Assembly (NCBI GenBank): GCA_945897435.1
Contig: CAMDFJ010000006.1
Location: 1 to 61,755 of the forward strand
Reading direction: 5' to 3'
Source: Candidatus Kuenenia stuttgartensis
Lineage (GTDB): Bacteria; Planctomycetota; Planctomycetia; Pirellulales; UBA1268
Length of the DNA: 61,755 nt
The translations under genes and the position numbers were made by a program. Under the pieces are notes generated by a model, which was given only the letters and a program-made list of their open reading frames with translations, did no database searches and was not told the origin of the DNA. Of this stretch, positions 27,844 through 37,219 are shown one piece after another. The stretch's first letter is position 1. Each line of letters starts with the position of its first letter.

Positions 27844-29838
27844 TCATGCACCTGCCGCAACAGGCTGCGGTGAAGTCTCTCCCGCCTGCCCTGCAGCCCG
27901 CTGCCGCTCCCTCCAGACCTCCTCGATCACGTCGCCGCCGACGAGTCCGTAGAGTCTCGGCCGCGGTGGAATGAGCGACGTGTCGATGTCCTCGTAGGAG
28001 ATCTGCGGGTGTCCGTCCGCACCGTGCTTGGCGATCGTGCTCTTGAGCCATTTCCTGGTGTTGGCCTCGAAACGATCGCACCATTCCTCGGCCTCGCGGC
28101 GCTGCTCGACGGGATCGGTGGCCGCGATCCCTGGCATCGCAGTCGACGGCTTGTAGTGGGCGCCGCGGCACTCGTCCCGCAGGAGCGCACCCTTGAGAAT
28201 CAATTTGGCGATCGGAAACATGTCGCCGAGCGACTTCGTGAAGACGACATTTTGATTCGTCCAGTTGCCGGTATCGGAGAGCGAGCATCGCTGCCAACGC
28301 TCCTCGAGGCCACAGACCTCGTCGTAGGCGGCGGCAAGTTGCTCGTTGCGGCGCACGACAGTCGCCACACGGGTCATCAGTCCGCCCAACTGCTGGTGGA
28401 GATCGTAGGGATTCTCATTGCCTCCGCGCCGGGCGAGCAGCGACTCATGACGGGCCTCCTGCCGCCGCAGCGAGGCGTCGAACAGCCGAGACGACTCCTC
28501 CGCCGACGTCTTCCGCACGGCAGCCCCGGAGGCGATCACGCTCGGTGCGCAGAACAGTCCGCTGAAGATGCAGGAGAGCAGCGAATTGGCCCCCAGCCGG
28601 TTGGCACCGTGATACTGGTAATCGCATTCGCCGATCGCATACAGACCCGGGATGCTCGTCTGCTGATTCTTCGGGTCACCCTCTTCGAGGCCGCCGGAAC
28701 TGCTCTTCTGATAGTCGACCCAGAGCCCTCCCATCGAGTAATGCACCGCCGGGAAGATCTTCATCGGCACGACACGCGGGTCGACGCCCTGGAACTTTTC
28801 GTAGATCTCGAGGATGCCGCCGAGTTTGCGGTCGAGCATCTCCCGGGAGAGGTGTGTCAGATCGAGGTAAACGCAGAGCCGATCCTTCTCGACCGACAGC
28901 CCGTCGGTCGTGCAGATGTCGAAGATCTCCCGCGTGGCGATGTCACGCGGCACGAGATTGCCATATTTCGGATACCGCTCCTCGAGAAAATAGCACCGCT
29001 CGGCCTCTGGGATTTCCCGCGGGTCGCGGGGGTCCTGCGGCTTTCGCGGCACCCAGACCCGGCCTCCCTCGCCGCGGGCGCTCTCGCTCATCAGCCGGAG
29101 TTTGTCGGCGCCTGGGATCGCTGTCGGGTGGACCTGGATGAACTCGCCGTTTCCATACCAGGCCCCGGCCTGATAAGCCCGGCTCACCGCACTCCCGGTG
29201 CAGACCATCGACATCGTCGAACGTCCATAAACCAGTCCGCACCCGCCCGTGGCGAGAACGACGGCGTCGGCCGGAAACGCCCGGAACTGCATCGTGACCA
29301 GATCCTGGCAGACGGCCCCTCGACAGCGGCCAGAGGCGTCGAGCACCGGTTCGAGGAAATCCCAGAACTCCCACTTCTTCACCCTGCCGGAAACCTCGTA
29401 TCGCCGAACCTGCTCGTCGAGGGCGTAGAGGAGTTGCTGGCCGGTCGTGGCGCCGGCAAAGGCTGTCCGCTTGTAAAGCGTGCCGCCGAAACGTCGCTGA
29501 TCGCGAAACCCCTCCGGCGTGCGATTGAAGGGCACGCCGAGACGATCCATCAGATCGATGATCCGCGGCCCCCAATCGGCCATTTCCTTGACCGGGGGCT
29601 GATGCTGGAGGAAATCGCCGCCGTAGACCGTGTCGTCGAAGTGCTTCCACTCGTTGTCGCCCTGCTGCCGCGTCAGGGCGTTGACGCTGTTGATGCCTCC
29701 CTGGGCGCAGGCGCTGTGGGATCGCTTGACGGGCACCAGACTCACGAGATCGACGTCGGTACCAGATTCGGCGAGTCGCATGGTCGCCGCGAGGCCAGCC
29801 AGACCGCCTCCGATCACGAGAACGCGAGGTTGAGCCAT
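27844..29838 (-). CDS. sdhA: Succinate dehydrogenase flavoprotein subunit
   Basis: GGGLAG, RSHSACAQGG, QVHPT, SESARGEG, HYSMGG, HGANRLGANSL. Confidence 0.96.
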   Translation of the reverse strand: MAQPRVLVIGGGLAGLAATMRLAESGTDVDLVSLVPVKRSHSACAQGGINSVNALTRQQGDNEWKHFDDTVYGGDFLQHQPPVKEMADWGPRIIDLMDRLGVPFNRTPEGFRDQRRFGGTLYKRTAFAGATTGQQLLYALDEQVRRYEVSGRVKKWEFWDFLEPVLDASGRCRGAVCQDLVTMQFRAFPADAVVLATGGCGLVYGRSTMSMVCTGSAVSRAYQAGAWYGNGEFIQVHPTAIPGADKLRLMSESARGEGGRVWVPRKPQDPRDPREIPEAERCYFLEERYPKYGNLVPRDIATREIFDICTTDGLSVEKDRLCVYLDLTHLSREMLDRKLGGILEIYEKFQGVDPRVVPMKIFPAVHYSMGGLWVDYQKSSSGGLEEGDPKNQQTSIPGLYAIGECDYQYHGANRLGANSLLSCIFSGLFCAPSVIASGAAVRKTSAEESSRLFDASLRRQEARHESLLARRGGNENPYDLHQQLGGLMTRVATVVRRNEQLAAAYDEVCGLEERWQRCSLSDTGNWTNQNVVFTKSLGDMFPIAKLILKGALLRDECRGAHYKPSTAMPGIAATDPVEQRREAEEWCDRFEANTRKWLKSTIAKHGADGHPQISYEDIDTSLIPPRPRLYGLVGGDVIEEVWRERQRAAGQAGETSPQPVAAGA

Positions 29839-29842
29839 GGGA

Positions 29843-30667
29843 TCAGGTTCCTTCGGATGAAACTGGACCGGCATTCGGCAAGGAGGAATTGGACGTCCCT
29901 CGAACGGCCGGAGATCGCCCCTCCTCGATCGGCATCTCCCCCTTCAGCATCCGCTTGACCTCGTCCATGCGGTCCTCGACGCCCCGGGCCTTGGCCACGT
30001 CGACCGTCCGCAGTCCGCCAATGGCGCCGAGGCCCGCGGCGGCGAGCACGACTCCGACGGCGATGCTGACCCAGTTGGCCCGTCGCATCGCGGCCGGACT
30101 GGTCCACAGCCCCCAGGTGATGCCCAGGGTCCAGAGGCCGTTGGAGAAGTGAAACACTGTCGAGAGCACGCCGATGGCGTAGAGAATCGAGACCAGCAGC
30201 GGCCGAATCGCGATCGCCGCCGTGCTCGTCGCATGATGCGGATCAAATCCTCCCTCGCTGCCACGGAGCGGTGCACCCAGCCAGTGCAGTTGGATCAGGT
30301 GGCCGATGATGAACGCGAAGGCGATCATGCCAGTTGCCCGCTGAAGCGTGTAACGGACGTTCCCGACGTAGGGATAGGAGCCCACGTTCGGCAATCCGCC
30401 GGCGATGATCGCGAAACCCACCGCGGCGTGAAACAGCATCGGCAGAAAAATGAAGGCGATCTCGATGGGCACGAGCAGCGGCCCGAGCGAATGGATCATG
30501 TCGACCCGAGACTGAAACGACTCCGGCCCGCCCAGCACCGAGGCGTTGGTGAGCAGGTGCACGACGAGAAACGCCCCCACCGGAATCAGTCCGGAGAGAG
30601 AGAACAGTCGGTAGATCAGAAACTGATGCCGGGAAAGGAAGGATCTCGATGGCTCGGGCTGGTTCAC
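29843..30667 (-). CDS. sdhC: Succinate dehydrogenase cytochrome b558 (single-anchor, Bacillus-type)
   Basis: SLSGLIPVG.FL..HL, QRATG, FHFSNGLW....TWG; directly upstream of sdhA; start approximate. Confidence 0.9.
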   Translation of the reverse strand: MNQPEPSRSFLSRHQFLIYRLFSLSGLIPVGAFLVVHLLTNASVLGGPESFQSRVDMIHSLGPLLVPIEIAFIFLPMLFHAAVGFAIIAGGLPNVGSYPYVGNVRYTLQRATGMIAFAFIIGHLIQLHWLGAPLRGSEGGFDPHHATSTAAIAIRPLLVSILYAIGVLSTVFHFSNGLWTLGITWGLWTSPAAMRRANWVSIAVGVVLAAAGLGAIGGLRTVDVAKARGVEDRMDEVKRMLKGEMPIEEGRSPAVRGTSNSSLPNAGPVSSEGT

Positions 30668-30738
30668 TGACGGCCTCGTGGCACGTGAGACTGGCTGGAT
30701 GGCGGCGGAGCACTGGCGGGACTGCTGCCCGCAAAGGG

Positions 30739-30809
30739 AGTATAGGTTGGCGTCCAGCACCGGCAACGCCGATCAGACATTTGGCGTCCCAGGCAACCGG
30801 ATTTATACT
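30739..30809. promoter_or_regulatory. Back-to-back TATACT -10 boxes (minus 30739-30744 for sdhC; plus 30804-30809 for the regulator)
   Basis: Both hexamers read directly in the divergent intergenic region. Confidence 0.5.
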
Positions 30810-30842
30810 CTGGCCTTCAGCACGCCGCATGGAGGGTCGCTG

Positions 30843-32474
30843 GTGTCCGAGACGACCACATCGTCCGAGCGAAGCCCCGACGGGGCCGCCGGGAGCGGTA
30901 TCCCTCGAGCCACGCCGGACCTGATCTGCAACGTCGTTCTGGATCATTTCCCGGACGGAGTCGCCCTCGTCGACGTGCCGTCTCCGGATCGCGATCCAGA
31001 ATCCGTCGACGCAACGGTCGTCTGGGCGAACGATCGCTTCTGTGAATGGTGCTCCCAGGGCAGTGTCTTCGGCTGTGGCTTCTTTCAGGCCCTCGGCCTG
31101 CCGGAAATTCTCGGCCCCGAGCCCTCCCCTCTCAGGGCTGCCGCCAGGCTGCGAAAGACCGTCGGCACAACACTGCGAACGGCAACCCACCGCTATCTGA
31201 GCGTGCTTGCGAGCCCGGCCGCAGACGGTCCCGAAAATCTTCCAACGTCCGGCTGCCGGGTCATCGTCGCGGTCCGAGATGTCACCGACACGATCCTCGA
31301 GCAGCAGAAGCGTGCCGCCATCCACCAGGCCGGCCAGAAGCTGGCCGACCTCTCCCCGGCCGAACTGGCCGACATGACCGTCCAGGAGCGGATCGAACTG
31401 CTGAAGAGCAACATCATCCACTATTCGAAGGACCTGCTCCAGTTCGATGTCGTCGAGATCCGGCTCCTCGATCAGCAGACCGGACGACTCGAACCCTTGC
31501 TGGCGGAGGGCATGCAGCCCGAGGCCGAGGCCCGCGTCCTCTACGCGCGGCCCGAAAACAATGGCGTCACAGGCTACGTCGCCGCCACGGGACGGAGCTA
31601 TCGCTGCGACGACACCACCAAAGACCCGCTCTATCTGGAGGGCTGCAAAGGGGCCAAGAGTTCGCTCACCGTGCCGCTCATGCTCCACGATCAGGTGATC
31701 GGAACCTTCAACGTCGAGAGCCCGGAGCCAGGCGGATTTTCCGAGACTGACCTGCAGTTTCTCGGGATTTTTTCCCGCGATGTGGCCGCCGCCCTCAACA
31801 CCCTCGAACTGCTCGTGGCCGAGAAGGCCTCGACGGCCGCCGAGAGCATCGAGGCGATCCATGGCGCGGTCGCCCTGCCCGTCGACGACATCCTCAATGA
31901 TGCCGTCAACGTGATGGAGCGTTACATCGGACACGATGCAGAGGTCGTCGAACGGCTGCAACGGATTCTGCGAAACGCCCGCGACATCAAGCTCGTGATC
32001 CAAAAGGTGGGCGAGAAGATGGCCCCCTGCTCGGCTCATTCCCAGCTCCGTCAGGGGGAGCGTCGGCCGGGACTCGTCGGCCGGAGCATTCTGGTGGTCG
32101 ATGCCGACGAGCAGGTGCGTGCTGCGGCCCACGCCCTGCTCGAACGGTACGGCTGCACCGTGGAAACCGCCCGCGACGGTGCTGAAGCGACCTCGATGGT
32201 GCGGGCAGTCGGCAACGATGCCTACGACGTGATCATCGCCGACATCCGGCTTCCCGACATGAGTGGCTACCAGCTGCTGCTGAAGCTTCAGGAAATCCTC
32301 GACCCCGTGCCGCTGGTGCTCATGACCGGGTTCGGCTACGACCCAGGCCACTCGATCGTGAAGGCCAGGCAGGCGGGCATCGAACTCGTGCTCTTCAAGC
32401 CGTTCCGGGTCGACCAGCTTCTCGACACCGTCGAACGGGCCGTGTTCGGCCGGCCAAATCCGACCCGCTGCTGA
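30843..32474 (+). CDS. PAS-like/GAF/receiver-domain signalling protein
   Basis: GAF (GVTGYVAATG, SSLTVPL, IGTFNVES) plus C-terminal REC (LVVD, ADIRLPDMSG, MTG, KPF); SD GGAGG before GTG 30843. Confidence 0.85.
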   Translation: MSETTTSSERSPDGAAGSGIPRATPDLICNVVLDHFPDGVALVDVPSPDRDPESVDATVVWANDRFCEWCSQGSVFGCGFFQALGLPEILGPEPSPLRAAARLRKTVGTTLRTATHRYLSVLASPAADGPENLPTSGCRVIVAVRDVTDTILEQQKRAAIHQAGQKLADLSPAELADMTVQERIELLKSNIIHYSKDLLQFDVVEIRLLDQQTGRLEPLLAEGMQPEAEARVLYARPENNGVTGYVAATGRSYRCDDTTKDPLYLEGCKGAKSSLTVPLMLHDQVIGTFNVESPEPGGFSETDLQFLGIFSRDVAAALNTLELLVAEKASTAAESIEAIHGAVALPVDDILNDAVNVMERYIGHDAEVVERLQRILRNARDIKLVIQKVGEKMAPCSAHSQLRQGERRPGLVGRSILVVDADEQVRAAAHALLERYGCTVETARDGAEATSMVRAVGNDAYDVIIADIRLPDMSGYQLLLKLQEILDPVPLVLMTGFGYDPGHSIVKARQAGIELVLFKPFRVDQLLDTVERAVFGRPNPTRC

Positions 32475-32479
32475 ATCTT

Positions 32480-32540
32480 CCGGAAAAGTTTCCTGGATAG
32501 GCAGTTACTGCCCAATTTTCCAGGGCCCGGTTTTTCCCGG
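32480..32540. other. Long interrupted inverted repeat between regulator and secretin gene
   Basis: CCGGAAAA..CCTGGA..GGCAGT-T-ACTGCC..TCCAGG..TTTTCCCGG nested arms. Confidence 0.45.
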
Positions 32541-32623
32541 ATCTGACATGGCCTTGACCTGCAGGTGGCGGCGCACGTACCTCTCCCGCCTGACCGTTCT
32601 CCTGCACCGAGGAATTTCAGGCC

Positions 32624-35449
32624 ATGGCCCGCATCCCTGCCCTCCGACTGACGCTCGCGTTGGCCCTCATCTGCCCCACGCTCGCCCACGCCGAGGACCT
32701 GCCGGCCCCGGATCGCTCTCCGGAAAACGCCGCGGAAAACCTCTCTGGGCCGCCGTCGGAGATCGCCTCCGAACAGGCCGCGGCCGCCCGCCGGGCACTC
32801 GAGGAGGCGGCGACCCGATCTGCAGCCCGTCGGAACGATGCCGCCCCGCCAGCCGCCCCGAGGGCAGCTGCCGCCGAAGCCAAGGCATCGCCTGATTCCG
32901 TGCCGCAGGATCTCGTCATTGCCAAGTTGTCGGCCGAGGTGGCGGCGCGGCAGCTGGAGGCCAAGCGTGTCGCCCAACGTTCGCCGGCCGAGGCAATGGC
33001 GATCCTCGACGCCGTCGCCGCCGAGGTGGCCCGCCGGGAGATCCCGACCGAGGCCCGCAGCCAGCTCGAACGCCGCATCGAACGGACCCGCGCCGACATC
33101 GAGGAATCGACCGGCAAGCGTCGGGCCGAGATCGTCCTCGACCAGCGGAACGCGGCCATCGAGTCCCAGATCGACCGGGAGCGTGCCAAGCGGGTCGAGG
33201 TCGACGAGCGGCTGGCGATGCTCGTCGAGGAATACAACGTCCTGATCGACGAGCGCCGCTTCGCCGAGGCGGAGGCGATCGCCAAGAAGGCCGCACAGCT
33301 CTCGCCCGACAACGCCGTCGTCCGCCAGCTCCTCTCCCAGAGCCGGATCATCCGCCGGCTCGACACCCAGAAGTCGATCGATGGCGACAAGCAGACCGGC
33401 TTCCTCGACGTCGCCGAGGACTCGGAGAAGTCGAGCCGGCCGTTCGTCGGCCCGATCGAGTTCCCCGAGACGAAGGACTGGGAGGATCTGACCAAGAACC
33501 GCTCCCGGCTCGAGGCGGAGAGCCGTTCCCGGGGCACGGCCGCCGAGATCGCGATCAAGCAGAAGCTCGCGACACAGGTCAGCGCCGCCTTTCGTAACGA
33601 GCCCCTCGCCGCAGTCCTCGACGCCCTCGCCAAGCAGGCCGACGTGCCGATCCACCTCGACATGGTCGGCCTCGAGAGCGAGGCGATTCGCACAGACACC
33701 CCCGTCACGATCTCGCTCGACCAGCCGATCTCGCTGAAGAGCGCCCTCAAACTGCTTCTCGAGCCGCTCCACCTCGACTACACGATCAAGGACGAGGTCC
33801 TGAAGATCACGAGCCCGAAACTCGCCAAGGGGGAGGTCTACAGCGTCTCCTACCAGGTCGCGGACCTCGTCGTTCCGATCCCCAACTTCTCCTCCGACGG
33901 CCTCGGCATCACCGGGGCGTTGCGGGACGGCTATGCCCGCCTCTCACCGCGAAACACACTCTCCGTCGAGACGGGCCCGCCACCGGCCGGGATCAAGGCC
34001 GCCGCCGCGGCGCCGGCCGCGGTCGACGCCGCCTCGCTGGCCCAGTTTCAAACCGGAGGGAACGGCCCCCCGGCGACCGGCTCGAATCCCTCGATCCCCT
34101 TCGGTCCACCCACGGTCGGCGGCAGTCAGGCCGACTTCCAGTCGCTCATCGACCTGATCCAAAACACCGTCGCCCCGCAGACCTGGAACACGGTCGGCGG
34201 CCCGGGTGCGATCCAGCCCTTCATGACGAACCTCAGTCTCGTGGTCAGCCAGACGCAGGAGGTGCATGAACAGATCGCCGACCTGCTCGAACAGCTGCGC
34301 CGGCTGCAGGATCTGCAGGTCACGATCGAGGTTCGCTTCATCTCGCTCAACGATACCTTCTTCGAACGGATCGGCGTCGACTTCGACTTCAACATCCAGT
34401 CGAACGTCAACGAGCCGCTCAACATGACCGCCGTGCCGACCCAATCCAACGGCTCGACCTATCCCGCACTGCTCGGCATCAATGCCCAGCCAGGCGGTCC
34501 GTCGCAGACGATCGGCCTCGACAACTCTGGCAACCCTGGAGTTGCCCTCTCGCCATTCGCTAATCCATTTGCGAATCCCAACACCCCAGGCCTGGCTGCC
34601 CAGCGAAACAACTTCTCGATCCCGTTCCGGCAGAACAGCTTCGGCAGTGCGACCGTGCCCTCGCTCCCGGGCCTGCCCGATCCGACGACCTCGGCCGCCA
34701 ACTTCGGCTTTGCGATCCTCTCCGACATCGAGGCCTACTTCCTGATCCAGGCGGCCCAGGGCAACACCCGTTCGAACGTCATGCAGGCCCCGAAGGTGAC
34801 GCTGTTCAACGGCCAGAACGCCTTCGTGTCGGACACCCGGCAGCGGCCCTTCGTGACCAGCGTCGTGCCGGTCGTGGGCGACTTCGCGGCCGCCCAGCAG
34901 CCGGTGATCACGGTCCTTTCCGAGGGCACCGCGGTGAACGTCCAGGCGGTGGTCTCGAGCGACAGGCGGTTCGTCCGGCTCACGCTCGTGCCCTTCTTCT
35001 CGACGATCGGCAAGGTGGAGCAGTTCCAGTTCGAGGGCTCGCGGTCGACCAAGTCGAAGAGCAGCGACGAGAAGTCGGGGCTCGAGGGGGATGCCAACGG
35101 CCTGATCGACCTCAATGCCGGATTGGGCACGGGTGCCTCGAGTTCGCGTGAGGAGGAGGTCAGGTCGAGCGGCACCACGATCCAGCTGCCGGAGTTTCTC
35201 TTCACCACCGTGACGACCACCGTGAGCGTGCCCGACGGCGGCACGGTGCTGCTCGGCGGCATCAAGCGGCTCCGCGAGGGCCGCAATGAGTTCGGCGTCC
35301 CGATCCTCTCGAAGATTCCCTACATCAACCGCCTCTTCAAGAACGTCGGCCTCGGCCGCACGACCGACAGCCTGATGCTGATGGTCACCCCCCGGATCAT
35401 CATCCAGGAGGAGGAAGAGGACAAACTGCTGGGACAGAACCAGCCCTGA
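32624..35449 (+). CDS. Large secretin (GspD/PilQ-like)
   Basis: Signal peptide, STN-like LKSALKLLLEPL, LVVSQTQEVH, QVTIEVRF, APKVTLFNGQ, VPDGGTVLLGG, VPILSKIPYINRLF, MVTPRII. Confidence 0.9.
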   Translation: MARIPALRLTLALALICPTLAHAEDLPAPDRSPENAAENLSGPPSEIASEQAAAARRALEEAATRSAARRNDAAPPAAPRAAAAEAKASPDSVPQDLVIAKLSAEVAARQLEAKRVAQRSPAEAMAILDAVAAEVARREIPTEARSQLERRIERTRADIEESTGKRRAEIVLDQRNAAIESQIDRERAKRVEVDERLAMLVEEYNVLIDERRFAEAEAIAKKAAQLSPDNAVVRQLLSQSRIIRRLDTQKSIDGDKQTGFLDVAEDSEKSSRPFVGPIEFPETKDWEDLTKNRSRLEAESRSRGTAAEIAIKQKLATQVSAAFRNEPLAAVLDALAKQADVPIHLDMVGLESEAIRTDTPVTISLDQPISLKSALKLLLEPLHLDYTIKDEVLKITSPKLAKGEVYSVSYQVADLVVPIPNFSSDGLGITGALRDGYARLSPRNTLSVETGPPPAGIKAAAAAPAAVDAASLAQFQTGGNGPPATGSNPSIPFGPPTVGGSQADFQSLIDLIQNTVAPQTWNTVGGPGAIQPFMTNLSLVVSQTQEVHEQIADLLEQLRRLQDLQVTIEVRFISLNDTFFERIGVDFDFNIQSNVNEPLNMTAVPTQSNGSTYPALLGINAQPGGPSQTIGLDNSGNPGVALSPFANPFANPNTPGLAAQRNNFSIPFRQNSFGSATVPSLPGLPDPTTSAANFGFAILSDIEAYFLIQAAQGNTRSNVMQAPKVTLFNGQNAFVSDTRQRPFVTSVVPVVGDFAAAQQPVITVLSEGTAVNVQAVVSSDRRFVRLTLVPFFSTIGKVEQFQFEGSRSTKSKSSDEKSGLEGDANGLIDLNAGLGTGASSSREEEVRSSGTTIQLPEFLFTTVTTTVSVPDGGTVLLGGIKRLREGRNEFGVPILSKIPYINRLFKNVGLGRTTDSLMLMVTPRIIIQEEEEDKLLGQNQP

Positions 35450-35480
35450 CCGTCGAGCCGCTGATCGGACAGGCCACACG

Positions 35481-35864
35481 ATGCAACTCTGGCTCATCTG
35501 CGGTGCAGTGCTCGGCTGGATCGGCGTCGCCGCCGGCTCGTTCGGAGCCCACGGACTGAAAGGCCTCCTCGAGGCCAATGGCCAGGCCGCCAACTGGGAA
35601 ACGGCCGTCCGCTATTGCCTGTTCCACGCCATCGCGCTGCTCATCGTCGGCCTTTTGGCCGCCCTGCCTCAGGCACAGCCAGCACGTGCCCTGCTTGGCA
35701 TCGCCGGCTGGACCTTCCTGTTTGGAACGCTGATCTTCAGCGGCTTCCTCGCGGCCCTGGCCCTCTCAGGGGTCAAGATACTCGGCGCGATCGTGCCGAT
35801 CGGAGGCGTTCTGCTCCTCGTCGGCTGGACCTGCCTGGCGGTCGCTGGCTGGAAGTGCCGCTAA
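35481..35864 (+). CDS. DUF423 (YgdD/TMEM256) membrane protein
   Basis: GSFGAHGL, WETAVRY..FH, GTLIFSG, GAIVPIGG. Confidence 0.88.
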   Translation: MQLWLICGAVLGWIGVAAGSFGAHGLKGLLEANGQAANWETAVRYCLFHAIALLIVGLLAALPQAQPARALLGIAGWTFLFGTLIFSGFLAALALSGVKILGAIVPIGGVLLLVGWTCLAVAGWKCR

Positions 35865-36544
35865 AACGTGTCGTCTGCAGCCGGGGCAGGCTTCTCGGCG
35901 GTGGGCGGGTCGGCGAATGGATCATCCGACTCGGCGGGTGGACTGGCAGGACGCGAGGCGGGTTCGGCCGGTTCCTCTTCCATCAGCTCCTCGCCGGCGG
36001 CCCGAGGCTTGGGTGCCGGCGGTTGCAGCGATTCGGCGGCCGGTGTCTGGATAGCCGGTGCCGGACGACGGCGGCGAAGCACCTCTTCCTCACGATCTTC
36101 GAGACCAGAGTAGCGTTGCCGATTCGCTTCGCGGCTCTGCTGCACGGCGGCGACGCGGGCCCGCGACCGATACCGTTCCAGCTTGAGCCGATCGGCGCCC
36201 TGCACCCGCTCCAACGCCCGAGAAACCGTATGGGCACCGCCACGTTCGGCCTCGAGATTGGCCCCCTGCTCGAAATCGGCCTGGGCCTCGTCTTCGCGGC
36301 CGAGTTTGAGGGCGGCGAGTCCACGGAAGTAATAGGCGCGGGGATCGCGGGTGCCGGCCTCGATGGCACTGCCCAGTTCTTCGAGGCTGCGTTGGTAGTC
36401 TCCGCCGTTGAAGGCGTGGACTCCATTGCCGTAGGCGGTGGTCAGCGGCGCGGGGTCGGCCCCAATCGCCATGGACGGGATGATCAGGCCGGTCACAAGG
36501 GCCGAAAGCAGCAGTCCGCATCTCGTTGAGGCAGGCATGGTCAT
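35861..36544 (-). CDS. Exported TPR-containing protein
   Basis: Signal peptide; YGNGVHAF, DPRAYYFRGLA, ALERVQG..RLKLE; Pro/acidic tail. Confidence 0.75.
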   Translation of the reverse strand: MTMPASTRCGLLLSALVTGLIIPSMAIGADPAPLTTAYGNGVHAFNGGDYQRSLEELGSAIEAGTRDPRAYYFRGLAALKLGREDEAQADFEQGANLEAERGGAHTVSRALERVQGADRLKLERYRSRARVAAVQQSREANRQRYSGLEDREEEVLRRRRPAPAIQTPAAESLQPPAPKPRAAGEELMEEEPAEPASRPASPPAESDDPFADPPTAEKPAPAADDTF

Positions 36545-36679
36545 CCTCTCAGCCCGTGACGGGCACCCGACGACGGTCGGGTCGCCCTGATGGCTCGATT
36601 CTCGAATGGAATTCGGCTTTTTTCCAATTGCGGCCACGGATTTTCGGTGCAGGCCGAACAGATCGCCCGGTCGCCCCTG

Positions 36680-37213
36680 TCAGCCGGGCCGCAGCGTCTT
36701 CCCATCCCCCGCTGCCCCACGGGCCGCGGCGTGCTGACGAAACGTCTGCTCGTCGAGCAGCACGGCTGCCCGGACAAGCTGCATCATCATCGGTTCATGG
36801 GGCCACCCGACGGCGGCAAGCAGCCGGTCAAATTCCTCCGGGGGACAGCTACCCTTCAGATCGACCAACAGCACCCGTCCATCCCGCTCGAAGGCGTTGC
36901 CGTCCACCTGCCAGGTGGAGTCGGAACGGGGACTGACCCAGACAAACGATCCGTCCGGCTCGACGAACATCCGCTCGAGCGCCGCGAGGCGAGACATGGC
37001 GTCGTCAAACTGGACGGCCATCGGCACGACAAGCTGATCCCGTGGCACATCGAGCGTGGGCCAGCGGCCTCGATCGTCGCCATACACGGGTCCAGGCGTG
37101 CCGTCTCCCCGCCGCAGGAGCGTGATGTCGAAGGCGTAGATCGGTGCCGCGGGCTGTTCGTCGTTCGAGGCTGAGGCTGGCCGGGGATTCATCTGCCACC
37201 TTGGATCGGCCAT
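36680..37213 (-). CDS. Hypothetical protein
   Basis: Protein-like ORF co-oriented with neighbours (MFVEPDGSFVW, WQVDG, DLKGSCP); no function recognised. Confidence 0.65.
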   Translation of the reverse strand: MADPRWQMNPRPASASNDEQPAAPIYAFDITLLRRGDGTPGPVYGDDRGRWPTLDVPRDQLVVPMAVQFDDAMSRLAALERMFVEPDGSFVWVSPRSDSTWQVDGNAFERDGRVLLVDLKGSCPPEEFDRLLAAVGWPHEPMMMQLVRAAVLLDEQTFRQHAAARGAAGDGKTLRPG

Positions 37214-37219
37214 CGGGTG

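Noticed and set aside
28009-29958. 649-aa plus-strand ORF (also 30243-32351, 43552-45663, 33944-35593, 58936-60627)
   Set aside because: Each lies antisense to well-supported genes and has no recognisable motifs
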